Shown here: piece after piece, positions 1 to 12,302 of the stretch
Numbering within the stretch: position 1 is the stretch's first letter
Layout: every line of letters starts with the position of its first letter
Assembly: GCA_964036045.1 (NCBI GenBank)
Contig: OZ038378.1
Location: forward strand, 199,764,001-199,828,000
Reading direction: 5' to 3'
From: Eutreptiella sp. 'Long Island Sound 2002'
Taxonomy: Eukaryota > Protista > Euglenida
DNA length: 64,000 nt
Position numbers and translations under genes: made by a program
The notes under the pieces: generated by a model
What the model was told of the DNA's origin: nothing
Database searches by the model: none
What the model saw: only the letters and a program-made list of their open reading frames with translations

Positions 1-245
1 CGAAGAAAGTGACGGATTCCCATTTGGAACAGCCCATCTACAGAGGTTGACGGAGTGGTGGACACAAAACACGTCGGCAAAGCACAGCAAAGTCCACTGA
101 CAGCAGAATCAGGCGTCTGTACATGACTGCATCTAAGGCATCAGTCAGTATGCTGCATCTAATGTGCCTCGAAATGGCACAGTCTCCAGCAAAGCCCAGA
201 AATTCCCGACACAGCCGGCAATAAGGTTCCTGACAACATTCCTGA

Positions 246-382
246 GGAAAAATGGGAAATTGGGAAAAATGGGGGGGAATGGGGGGAAATGGGGGGAAAT
301 GGGGGAAAATGGGGGAAAGTGGGATAAACGGGGGAAAGTGGGGAAAAGATGTTGGACAAATGGGGGAAAATGGGGGGAAATG
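246..382. repeat. Degenerate (GGGGGAAAT)n minisatellite
   Basis: About 13 imperfect G4-6/A3-4/T units; explains the low-complexity ORFs at 145-718. Confidence 0.9.
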
Positions 383-2049
383 TGGAGACTAGTGAAAAAT
401 CGGAGAGCCAGCCAGGTGATACCCAACCCCTCCGTGGGTCAGGGACAACCTTCAGCAGAATGTAACGCACATGGTCCATGGGAGAAAAGAGGCAACACTG
501 TGAAACGGGACCCATGGACTGCATGTAAACCTTTCATGCCCCCCCCCTGCCCCCATGTATCCCCAAAATTCCATACTTTCTCTGCTTCGGAATGGTGTTC
601 TGGCAAGGTTCTGGCAATGGCCTTGCTTCCTTTTCTGGGCCTTGCTCCAGGGTTATCACAAACAAACAAATATGGGCATTCTTCACAGGCCAAATTCTTT
701 TGGCCGAGGAACTTGTGAACCCGAGGAAGCACGGACCTGCATTCAAGGGGGTGGTGCTTTGCAGATATCAATTTTTTCAAAATTGTATGGTGCAAGGGAT
801 AGGGATCAATAAAACCAGGATAAAGAAAAAGACAGGCCAAAAAACACTTTGGCTTGTTCACATGGTCGTTACCAGCCATGCAGGCGGGGACCTAAAACGT
901 GGGCCACTGCAACCTCACCTGTGGAGTGCGTGCACTGCACAAGGTCAGCGCTAGAAAACATCATGAGCATTCTGAAATGCACAGTGGAACAGATCAGACA
1001 CGTAAATTTAACACAGCCCTCATTAAATTCCTTGGAGTCCCTGAGGTTGGGTGTATGGTGTACACAGTGGTGACAGAAGTGAAAATAAAATTCTGGCAAA
1101 AGATGGTGGAAGCTACAAAATGCTCTTGCAGGGCGACAACATACACAGTCTACATAAGACTTGCACACTCACTAAAATTTCAAGGGCATCATTGTTGGCA
1201 TCCGACTGTCCCTGTCACCAACATGGCCATGCAAACCGGCATGTGTATGGGGCCATCGGTCTCTCATAGTGGATGAGCTGCAGATGGCAAGGCAATAGAG
1301 CAAGGACTGGTGCAGCAGCAAGTCAGTGTCGGGCAATGGGGAGGTGAGGACGGAGCACAAGAGAAGCCAGCCCAGCAGGATTCAATACCTTTGCCATGCA
1401 ATTGTCTCAAGCGGACTTTCAACTCTTGTTTCATGGTATCGGGCCACTGAAGAAAAGGAATTGCACGCAGGTGCTGTGGGATGCAGATGTAACACCAAGA
1501 AACAGGTTTAGCAGTTGCCACCTCACACAAGCAGTGCCATCAGACCACAGACAGGTGTGCCATCACATCAAGTTACACACACCTCAGCTTGCAAACAAAC
1601 GAAGCATGGGGGCCCCATGGGCAGGAAGCCAAGCTTCCAGCCAATATCAGGAGGGAGACAGCGATGCACAGAAAAGTGTGTCAGACTAGAAGAGATGGAC
1701 GAATGCAAGGGATGCGGTGCACGAAGCCAATTTAGGGATTAGTACTTGCACTGAACCTGCACCCTGCGTACCTTTGGGGGCAAACAGTCCTGGAAAGGCC
1801 ACACGATTGCTCCCTACCAGAAAGGTACTGTGGGATTATCGAACACAACACACACAAACAAATGCAGTATAGCCCTCATGCAGAAACGAAAGGAGATTCA
1901 ATGCAATGCAAATGCAAAGGGGAGGCATACCACGGACAGGAAAGGCATCCTGGTCAGCGAGCGCTTGCACTAGAAGGGCCAACAGCAAGTAGGACCGATG
2001 GAAACATTTCATTCTGTGATGGTTAACATTCAATGCTCGTCATACATTG

Positions 2050-2975
2050 GCAAGTCTGAAAACATACAGCAGCAGATGCCACTATCAACAATGGACTGAC
2101 AGGTTTAAATCATGAATAAAAGTGGTTTTTCCGATTCATCCTCATGCGGCTCAGGTAAACCTCCTTGCGCAACTGGATGGATCAGCAAATTTACGACACC
2201 TCGAACCTGTTGGCACCAAGATCATGGAGTGCTTTACGGGGCAGTTCACAGTCCACACATGGAGTCTAGCCTCCAAGAATATCACTGCAAGGAGCTGTGC
2301 TATCGAGTGCAGCCACATTCATGGCAAAATTGTCAACTCCCAACATCCGGTGGGAGAAACATTAAAAGGGAGCTAAAACGTCAAAGATTGCAGAGGACGA
2401 CGAAGGGCACAATCCTGCCACTCAAGAGTGACGAACCCCATGGATATCACAGAACAGCTAGAAAAGAGATGACTTCTTTTTTTGGGTGGGGGGGTCCAGG
2501 CCTAGGTAGCTGGCGAACCCCTGTTATCAGATTGTGCTCATGAAAACTCGCGAAATCAACAATCTGTCCAACGGTACCGTTCTGCCACCAAGCAACGAGA
2601 ACAGCCAAACAAGAGATGATCCTCTCCTACACCTATTTTCACAGCACAAGACACACGACACCATGGCATGCCTTGGAGATGACCCTCATTGTGCTGAAGG
2701 CGGGTACCCATGGCGTATGTCAGCAGGACCAGAATGTCCGCCTACTTGTAGCACCAGGGCTCCGGGCGCACAAGCACCCCATGCCTTTTGCTCCTCTCCT
2801 GGAGACCTGCTCCCTATTCCCATTGGACTGGTGCCTTGCCCCCACCATGGGGTGTGAGCGGGAGAAGGCTACTCAGGAGCTGCGAAAGGGTGGCTTCGCT
2901 GAATGCGCACCGTGACCGTTGCCCCCTTTGCTACCTTGCCTTCTGCCCTACTGAGTGGGACCTTGTTGTATAGGC
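2050..2975 (+). mobile_element. Decayed non-LTR retroelement 3' part (RNase H-like and C-terminal Cys motif relic)
   Basis: Broken frames with LDGSA (RNase H DGS-like) near 2170 and CPLC near 2915; several stops and frameshifts. Confidence 0.3.
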
Positions 2976-3572
2976 CTCCCCACCTCCCCGATTAGCGCCA
3001 TCCCGAGGTCAGGGCCGAGGTAGTGTGGCCCGTGGCGCTGCAGCGCGTCCCGGCTGGTGTGGAAATGCGTCCAAATATAAAATACATACACTCACTGGGC
3101 CTGACAGGCATTGAGGGTCTGCACGTCGGCCCTCCGCGCCTCAAACCGCTGCCTTTGAAGCGCCAAGTGCTGAGTTCTCTCTCTGGGTGTCTGTAATCGT
3201 CTCTTCCATTCCTGCCACGCAGACATTGCTTATTTTTGGGTTCCTTTGGTCTTTTTGATCTTGAACAGCTGAACAATGCCAGATTCAAGCCATTCTGAAG
3301 GGACTGGCGCGTCCCGCACGAACTAGCCAGATGCCCTGTGTGGTTTATTTCCTGCCTCAGTTTCTTCAGAACCAGTTTTCTAGCCAGCTAGCAACAAGTA
3401 ATGAATTGTTGTCTTTTGCAATGCTGAGGCATTGCAACATGTTGCACGAAGCAAACAAATTTTCATCTTCGGGAGACAATCTTTCACTATGACATCCAAT
3501 TAAAATCAATGGGAACCGGATGCGGGTGCAGCATCACTGGAAAATTGCTGTTTTTGGGGCGACAGATAATTC

Positions 3573-3783
3573 AGGGCACTCGCCTCAGGTTCTTTTTTTT
3601 TTTTTTTTTGGTGCTGACCAAGATGAGCTGGCGTAGCCCGCTCACTTCACAGTACTCGAGATGACCTCTCGGAATCAAGGTTCAGAGCTGTCCAGTGCTA
3701 CGATGATCCCACATTGGCTGTGGTAGCGGATCTGACACGTAGGGAGGATTAGCTGAGTCTGAAGGGCACTCGCCTCAGGTTCT
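3573..3783 (-). mobile_element. 153-nt retroposed insert with poly(A) tail and 21-bp target-site duplication
   Basis: AGGGCACTCGCCTCAGGTTCT occurs at 3573-3593 and 3763-3783; T16 at 3594-3609 (minus-strand poly(A)); body 3610-3762. Confidence 0.85.
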
Positions 3784-5099
3784 AATCTGCACTGTACGAC
3801 ATTTCGGTGACTCATGCACTACAGGGCGCTGCACAGTCACTCATTAGATTTGTTGACTCGAGTGAATTCTACTGCCCGTCTGTTGCTTTCTCCATCCTGT
3901 TTTTTGTCAATGGCACCCAGTAGTTTAGATACGCCACCTTTGTATTGAAATCCCACCACCGCCGCACTTGATCCGCCCTGTTCCTCATGGAGAAAGACTG
4001 GCCACTGAATGCAGACCGCAGGCAGCACCATGGTACCGATCGTAAGAGAACGTCCGTAAGAGTGGAAATCCCTATGCACTGTCGGCGGGCACTTCAAGCA
4101 ACACAATAAATCCACTACGTGCAATGCGGACAGATTTCACATGAGAAGGCATGATAATGACCAAACGCCTCACACGATTTCCAACGTTGGATCAGTTCTT
4201 CAAGTGCATTACCACAACGTACTGCATCTTGTGTACAGGCATTTCTTTTCTGCACACAAGACCGCAAAGCACCGTCACGAACATTTCCTGCTTCAGCCTA
4301 TCTGACTGAAGCCTCATGGAACCTTGCAGGAACTGATTGGACGCATTTGGAGCTGGTAACAGTGGACCGGATCTCAGGATCGGGGCCAGATTTTGGGTCC
4401 AGGGTAGACCGGATCTCCGGACCGACTGACCGCGTTCAGACTCATTTCAATGTGTAATGAACCTCAGTGGACCTGATTGCCCAACAAAAGCAGTGGCCAC
4501 AATGCAACACTTGGGAAACAATGGACTCTGGTGCACCTCATGAGGTCTGATACCTGTAAATTCTGAATGCATGCAATATAAGGGAAGCACTCATTCATGC
4601 TGCGCGTGGGCATTATGTGTGACAGTGTCACCGAGCATTGGCTCAACCCCTTGCTTGAGACACCAAATCAAGTGTAAGAACACAAATAGCAAGGCATCCT
4701 GGTAGCCCCTACAAGGGCCATTATAAGGTCAATACACGGTGATGCACCAGCTTCCACAAGGAGCATGGCATTGTTCAGAAGACAGGTGCATGCACATGCA
4801 CACATGCATGCACACATGCATGCACATCCACCCACACCCACACTCACACTCACCCACACACTGACACTTAAAACAGCCAAAAAGAAAACAAAAAGTGTGT
4901 CTTTTCTTGAGCAGGCAGTACTATGGAAATGGTGCTTAGAACAGAGACAAAGACGAAGAGACAAAGACAGAGACAGATACAATGGCAAACCACACTCCAA
5001 GGGGAGCAGCAAAGGGGTGAGACAAGAAATATTGGGGGCCAGCGTCCGGGCGTGGCCCAAGGCACACTGAAGTCAGGAACAGAGAAACAGGCAGACCCA

Positions 5100-6150
5100 C
5101 CCAGAGGGGGGGGGGGGGGGGCAGGGCGTTGCTTGAGCAGAGGGGGAAGGGGGGGAGGGGGTCCAGGGGAGGGAGGGAGGGGGTCCAGGGGGGGGGAGCC
5201 CCCCCCCCCTTGCCGCAATGAACCATATCAACCAGAAATTACAAAAATGCACCACATTGACCCGTTCAGCATATACATTTGTCATAATGTCTGAACACAG
5301 GTACTCAAATCATCTTTTTGGGTCCATACATTGTGCCCTCACCTAAACACCACCAGGCAACACAAACAGGAGACACGGTGCAATGCTCATTGTTATCAAA
5401 TTGTTTGCTGAAGATCAATCAGATTTGGACTCAACTGAGCTGAGCTCACCAATGTCATCCTCTTCTGAACTGGAAGAGGAACTAGAAGAATCTGAGTTGG
5501 ATGACGAGTCACTGCTTGGGGCGGACACATCATGGAGTGTTCAGAAAAAAGGTGGAACATGCTTTCTATGCCACATTGTATGCCTCTTGCCTTTTCTTCC
5601 CAGTCCATCTATCTTGGAAGCAGAAATAGAGGATCGCGTTTACAATGTCCTCGCGTTTTGCGCGGGGACACGGTTGGACCGGGGTGCCGAAGAACGCACT
5701 TATGGGACGCTGGGACATGGTGTCTGCAACAGAGGGAAGAAAGGATACAGTGGAGTGACCAAAGAACCCTGCTATAGGTGCGCCGAAGGCGCGGGAGGAA
5801 AAAATTGGCCCAAACGAAAAAATGTCCCCAGAACCCTGATTCTCAGGTGAATTACAGCGGAGGGGGGAGGGGGGGAGGGGGTCCAGGGGGGACCCCCCCC
5901 TGCCGGAATGAAAATTCGAGCAACGCCTTGGGGGGGGGGGGGGAGAAAGAGAGGGAGAGAGAGAGGGAGAGGGAGAGAGAGAGAGAGAGGGAGGGAGTCA
6001 GACAGAGAAATGCAACAACAGGGTCCTACCAAATCTTCAATGGCTTGGGCGGGCGGGCTTTCACTTCCGGGGGGGGGGGGGGGGGTGGATAGAGCCCTCC
6101 GGCCAGACCCCCCCTCCCAAAAAGGACTCAATTGATGGGACCCCCAAAAT
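5100..6150. mobile_element. Non-autonomous element(s) carrying the G-rich motif GGGGGAGGGGGTCCAGGGGGG and a small ORF relic
   Basis: Motif at about 5150-5210 and 5860-5900; reverse-complement copies at about 59805-59845 and 63790-63830; internal Ser/Asp-rich coding relic. Confidence 0.5.
5566..5718 (-). CDS. 50-aa ORF MSQRPISAFF... with an N-terminal PIP-box-like motif, followed out of frame by a Ser/Glu/Asp-rich tail
   Basis: TTCCCTCTGTTGCAG acceptor 5 nt upstream of ATG 5718; QxxIxxFF; stop TAG at 5566-5568; SDSSSNSDSSSSSSSSEEDD in another frame just downstream. Confidence 0.35.
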   Translation of the reverse strand: MSQRPISAFFGTPVQPCPRAKREDIVNAILYFCFQDRWTGKKRQEAYNVA

Positions 6151-8469
6151 CCTACCGAGAGTGACCCCCAGGCCTCAGAGGTGACCCAGACCCAAAAATC
6201 GGCTAAAAATGAAAACGAGATTTTTGGAATCAGTGTGTTTAGGGGGTTCAGAAAAGTCTTCATTTGCCATATATCTGGTAAAAAAAATTGACCAATTTTA
6301 ATGCTCAAAAAAAGTTTTGGCCCCTTCAGCACCAGAGTTCATAATAACTCATTAATGGTGCCTGTCAACTGAGCCCTTTTCCCGAAACCCCCCCCCCAAG
6401 TTTTGGGGGGCTCTATCGACCCCCCCTCGGAAGTGAACACCTGGTGCCCCCTGGGGCATTTTTGCGCCACTGCCATGCAACAGCCAGGGAGCAAGCTCTA
6501 CTCAAGGCCTTCTGCTACACCGGAGATGCATAAAAAAAAAGGCCCTTATCTCTGCATCTGGACCCTCTGGCCAGACCCTAGCAACCTCAATCCCATTAGG
6601 GGGAACCTGGGAACCCATACATAGTGATGAAGCACATTGGTGCAAGCACTCAAATATGCTGCCTCATCAGCACAGTAGCCTACATGGCTTTGGTGCAAAG
6701 AGCCAAGCTCAGGCAAAACCTTTGTGCACCTGCCTTGAGGCTATGGGATGGGAGGTATCCTGGTATCACCCCAGCCTCATCCCAGGATTGGTTATTTGCC
6801 ACGTTCACACTTGCAGGATAGTAGGAAATTTTTGGTCATCAACAACTACAAATTTCATGTGGTGTCTTGTGCATGTTTGCTCCAAGATAAGTGCAAGTGC
6901 GGGCAAACTGCCAATTACCACCCTGCAGACATTGTAGTTGCAGCCTTTCAAGATATTTGGGCACATTTCATAAGCCATTTGGTCATCAAACAAGATTTCT
7001 TTGAAAAAGGATAATGTCTACTCCAGAACAACATTGTGTGTGTGCACCCTTTTGGTATTTTAGACATGTCAAATCATACCCCAACCCAACTAGAGTCTGC
7101 TGTTTGACCTAAGAAGCAGGAGGGGGAGGCCGTGGTGGAAATGAAGCCCACTCACACCACAGCTGCCACCCCTAGTCAACCGATTGCTTCTGTATCAATA
7201 CCGTAACGTGCACCCAAGGCAAAGCCCAAGCCTCGACATTCAAAACTTGTCCATTTAGTGGACTCTGTGACCAGCATGAAAAGAATACATGCATGCCATA
7301 ATCAAATTTTGATGGACAGGAAAAGAGCATGGACAGTTTTGGAAACTTGATCCCTATTTTGTGCAACAACGGAAAAAGGGTCTACTAGCACATCAACGTC
7401 ATGATGGACATACTATCCGTCTTGCAAACACGTCTTTTAAGCAAACAATTTCCCGATCTCGCAAATCTTTTTGAATATTCCTCATTTTACTCATTCCTCA
7501 ATTTTCCTTTTGTCTCCACTGGGCACTAGTTTGCCATCAGCAGCTAGCATGTGTTTACTGCGGCCTGCAAGATAGGTGATGACCGCCAAAGAAAGAATCT
7601 ATTGGGACCGACCTAATGCAAAGAACTTGGGGGTCTTGAGATTAAAAGGGACACACTTGCATCGTGAGCTAGCTCGAGCCTATGAGGTTCAGACCACACC
7701 CTCGACGCTTAATCCTACCTTCAAAAGATGTGGCTCCTTTTGGAGCGTTTTTTTTTTGAAGATGAGAAGTAGGTGACACCTTGCATGCGCATGTTGTCAC
7801 CACAGTGAAAGACATGGGAATGAATGCCAAAGAGGGCAGCACCATGGTATTATTGACGCGGAAAATGCGGTGTATGGGGGGGAGACTGGGGGGGACTTGC
7901 AGTCTGAACTTGGAACCAGGGCAGACAAACAGCAGCACACACACGCACACACACACACGCACACCCACGCACACAATCATAGAAAAAGTGATGCACAAGC
8001 CCTGCCCGAAACTCAGGCTGAGTACACAGACCTCATGAAATCGCAGTCAGACAACAAAACGACAAGACACCTTTCTGCGGAACAAAAAAGAACAGAGACT
8101 CAGCACAGGCCTGACCACCCACTCAAATGAAAACAACTGAAAGTCACAAAGGCGGACATGCAGCAGCCAAATGCGTCGAAAGACTAACAAACGACCAAGT
8201 GGTTGAATTCACACAAAATAAGCAGTGCTGCTGAGCCTGTGACGCCTCTTGCTCTGTGGGAAAATGTTTGCTGATGTGTGCATCCCCCGTGCCAAGACAA
8301 AGCCAAAATAGTAAAGGCACAGAGCCAATGCCCAACAAAGAATTGTTTCAACAAGATTGTTAATTATGCTTGATCCTGCAGCTGTGCAACCCAATACACA
8401 GAAGGAACCCAAGTGTTGTGTGGACAAGGAGGAGAGGTTGTAATCCCTCCCAGTGTGATGCTATGAAAA

Positions 8470-8800
8470 TCCTCAGCACCTTATGGAGGTTAAATTCCCT
8501 CCTGGGTACCTGCATGAGGAGCAGGAGGCTCTATCACGTCCATCAAAGACTGTACAACTACAAAGAAGTCCAGGAGCAGCTCAGCACTGCGTTCGGTATG
8601 GCACTTGTTCTATCATCGCCACTGATCCGTGTCTATTTGGGAACAATTACCGACAGATGTTACCCAATAGTGTACAGATCTGCAGAATTATGCTGCACTA
8701 CCAAAGAAAAGAGGTGGGTGCAAGTACGCACTTCCCTGGGAATGGTACTGAAGAGCATTGGCACGGGGATCATTGTCATGCTGACCAGGTCGGGCCATTC
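8470..8800 (+). pseudogene. Possible tyrosine-recombinase relic (DIRS/Ngaro-type retroelement)
   Basis: LWRL..LLG.C.R / EAL (box I-like) and LHYQR(R)GGAST (HxxRxGGA box II-like) appear only if frameshifts are allowed. Confidence 0.3.
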
Positions 8801-9434
8801 AAACCGTCAAAGGCGCCACAAATACCGGATAACGCCCCACCGTTGTGCCAGACCAAAAAGGGCACCGTGGATCCAGAGGGTGTCTGGGGACGTTCCTCCT
8901 TCTGTGGAGGTGGCACCCGACTCAATAGTAACCACAAGCTGCGCCCAGATTTGGACTGGAATGGCGTTTCATTGCATTTGGGCCCCTCCAAACGCTCTAA
9001 CCCCCAACTCATGCACAAGAAGGAGGTATGAATCTGGTCACCGAAGGCCAGAAACCCCCCAATCCCACCCCCCCACTTGGCTGCCTTTCATGAGGCATAC
9101 AACCCCCCTGTAGCCAAATTGTTTGGTCCCTGGCCTACTTTCAGGCAGAACAATCGTGTTTGAAACGCTGTCCTCTGGCGTTGCTTGCTTGTGTTGGGCC
9201 TTCTGGCGGATCATGGAATGGGCGCCACTGCTGACTGCAACCCCGTGCAAACCTGAAGTTATAGGGGCAGCCTGAAGAACGGTTGCCCTTAAAGGGGAAA
9301 AAAAAGCAGAAAGAAGGCCCGCTTGACAAGTGGCCTGCGAGTACATGCTGCTGTTTCACACAGAACCACCAGAACTTCCAACCGTTTGGTTGCCTCAAGC
9401 TGCCCCTGCTCTGAAAACAGACCACACACCCTCA

Positions 9435-12302
9435 TCAAAACAGGAGCCCTTCAATTTCGGTTTGCAGATCAGCCGGCCGCACAGTGGAGAATTCGTGCAG
9501 CAGTTCACCATTCCGATAAATCATGAACCAGGGCAGACTGCGGATCCCCAGAGCCTTAGCCTTCTCTCCGCCTCCAGTCGTAATGTCGTAGGTGTAGACG
9601 GACAGGCCTTCAAAGTCCTGTGGATGCGACGTTGGATGCCGTCAAGGCAGCAGCAGGCAACAGATGCTGTGAAGAGATTGTGATTGTTGAAATACATTGG
9701 TTGCTGAGAGACAGCAGTTGCTGATGACCAGATGGTGGTGTGGCCAATCGCCACTAGCGTCGGGCAGGCAATTGCTTACAGACCCCCAGGGGGGGGGGGG
9801 ATTTGGGGCCCTGGCCAGCGGCGGCCCACCCCCTCATCACCCCACATCAGAAAAATTTTCATTGGGAAAGAAATGAAACTTATTAAAGGGGGTCCCAAAT
9901 GAAAGGCCAATTTTGGGGACACAACCTTGTTTTTGGCCTCTGAACCCCCCAGGCCCCCCAGGGGGGTGGGGAGGTTTTTTTCTCAGCAATAACTGGAGAA
10001 CCAACTTCTCCTCTTCCATGTTGGAGTGTTCCCCGCACACCTGCCCCGCTGCGCTGCGACCGATCTGCCCACAGGAAAAGCAGGCGGCCCACAGAAACGA
10101 AGAACTACTTTCGAGGGGTTTTTCCCGCAGTGTGCACAGATGAGACCAATGTTGCGTTGTTCTGTTCTGTGCGGACTCCTGCGGGCTACTACCGTTACTT
10201 TACCACTGACTGGCGTGGCTTTATTGTAGTTGCCGGGCGACGCAGCGGCTTTAAGACCAAGGTTCATCACCATTGGCAGAGTATCTTCATCCCAAATTTG
10301 TCAGGGTTTGTCACCGATGCTCCATGCTGATCTGTAGGCTGGGCCAACACACAGCCCATCTGCATGTTGGCTTCTGGTACATCCTGGCACATCTGCTGTC
10401 TACTCAGGATCCCTTTCCCATTCTCATGAACGATGGATAACTTGTTGCACAGCGCAGTCCATGTCAGATGATCAACATTCATGGGCTGCATCTCAGACTT
10501 TCCTGTTTTTTTCTTCTCACATGCCCCCACACCTCCTTGTCCAAGCCCAGGCCAAGAAGCAACATAATACAGTCATCAAGATATTTGGACTGAGACAAGA
10601 GAGTCCTTACGTGCCGCGTATGAAACAGTAATCTGGCGCTTCGTGCAACCATGTTCATGGCAAATTCCTCCACTTTTGGGTCCAAAAAGGCAGGCAACTG
10701 CACAACAATGCACGGACTCTCAGCAGCCCTAAGGAACGCAATTAATTCAGTTCGGTCTCAAAATAATACGGTCTACCATGCGTACCCAATAATTGGTTTG
10801 CACGTGCTCGGGGCCTCTAGCGGTCACAGTCAGCCCCTCAATGAAAGCATCTCCGATTGCCAATGGAAAGCATAGAAGGAAGTGCAGATGCGTCTTCGTG
10901 CTGCCGCCCCCCCCCCCCCCTAGAGTTTCGGGTCGGAAAAAGGGCGCGGGGCAGCCGCTTGTTTTGTGTGAATTTGAGAAGAGGCCCAGATGGCGGACTG
11001 CAAATGACAATGTGTGTTTGGGGCTACAATTTATATGCAGCAAGTGCATGCAACGGGTATTCGATTGGGCGGGACAGGTACAGGGACCAGCAGCTCAGCA
11101 AATACATTTGTTCAGGGGCATTGAGAAAATTCAAAAAAGCGGTGGCCTTTCTGCTGCAACCGAACATAACCTCACATGCACATGCAAATTGACCAGTAAG
11201 AGTGCATATGAGGCAGAGCACATTTCTTGGTGACATAAAATACGCCTCAAACCTGCGGAGCATATGTATGGAGGATGTCTGCAATGCTGGCAACCCGCAA
11301 CGCAGGGTTTCTGCCTTACCAGTGGCACGAAAAATCATGGAAATAACAGAAATTGGCCAAAATTGAAAGTAATGGGGGAAATCACGGAAATGGAGAATGG
11401 TGTTGCCATTGCTGTTGCTGTTTATATTATTGTTGCTGTTGCTGTTTGTTGCTGCCGCTTTGCGTGTTTGGTCACTGGGTACCATAAGTAGAGCCGGGAC
11501 CTTCTGCGACACCAAAGGTCCCGACTCCCAGAATTTGATACATCTTTGGTGGTGTGGACGTTTGGATAGACGTCTATACAATACCGATCGCACTCTCCCT
11601 AAGGCTCTCGATGAGGAGCTGTGGGTTTGTTGGACGAAGACATGTAAAAACTAGAATGGGGAGATAAATAAAGACAGAATGGCTGGACAAAACTGGCTGC
11701 AGTATCATTTAGCAAAGATTGGTGTAACAAAAATAACCAGAACATGGCTAGGGGCATGTGCAAAACTTGTGTGAATAGGTTCTGCAACGAAGGTGTGGAG
11801 GAACGCTTCTGAAAATGGCAGTCGGCCCCCCTGTCTTGTGCTCTGTTTGACCCCTTGCGGCAACCCACCTTGCATTCTTTCATTTCTTTTTTGCACAATG
11901 TGATGGCTTCTGGGAAGTCGGAGTAAAGCAACATTTTGCTTGGTCGTCAGCTCTTAAAGCCTAGATTTGTGACCGATATGGAACTTCTGCAGCCACCGAA
12001 ATGCGAAGGAAACTCACAGAAAATTTTCACGGTGAAATCACAGATGAAGCAGAAACCGTGGCATAATGTGCACTGATAAGATTGCACACCTGTGACAATG
12101 TTTGCACCGTTGGACTTATCCTTTTGCAGGGTCCACACCAAGGGGCAGTGAAATAGACGATCACCTTCTCAGCACCCAACACAAGATCATCATACGTATC
12201 TGAGGTCACCATCATCACAGCATTCCCAGAAGGATCTTCTTGAGGCTCAGTCACTGTGCTCGGTGTGGTGGCGTGTGCAATTATGGGATTTGGGCGGCTC
12301 AT
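9435..12302 (-). CDS. trx: Thioredoxin, 131 aa, complement(join(9435..9617,12090..12302))
   Basis: Exon 1 MSRPN...VYFTAPWCGPCKRISPTVQTLSQ (WCGPC active site), donor CAG|GTGTGC. Exon 2 after CCACAG|: DFEGLSVYTYDITTGGGEKAKALGIRSLPWFMIYRNGELLHEF...LF*. Phase 0; 2472-nt intron. Confidence 0.93.
9782..9975. mobile_element. Short MITE-like insert in the thioredoxin intron
   Basis: CCCCCAGGGGGG motifs at both ends around an A/T-rich core. Confidence 0.4.
10200..11700 (-). mobile_element. Reverse-transcriptase relic (probably Penelope-like) in the thioredoxin intron
   Basis: SKYLDDCIML (YxDD) at about 10560-10590; FYMSSSNKP-like motif near 11650; many stops. Confidence 0.45.

Noticed and set aside
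3695-3745. Partial resemblance of the insert (GTGTCAGA.....TACCACAG) to a 28S rRNA segment
   Set aside because: The flanks do not match the conserved rRNA context, so there is no support for an rRNA call.
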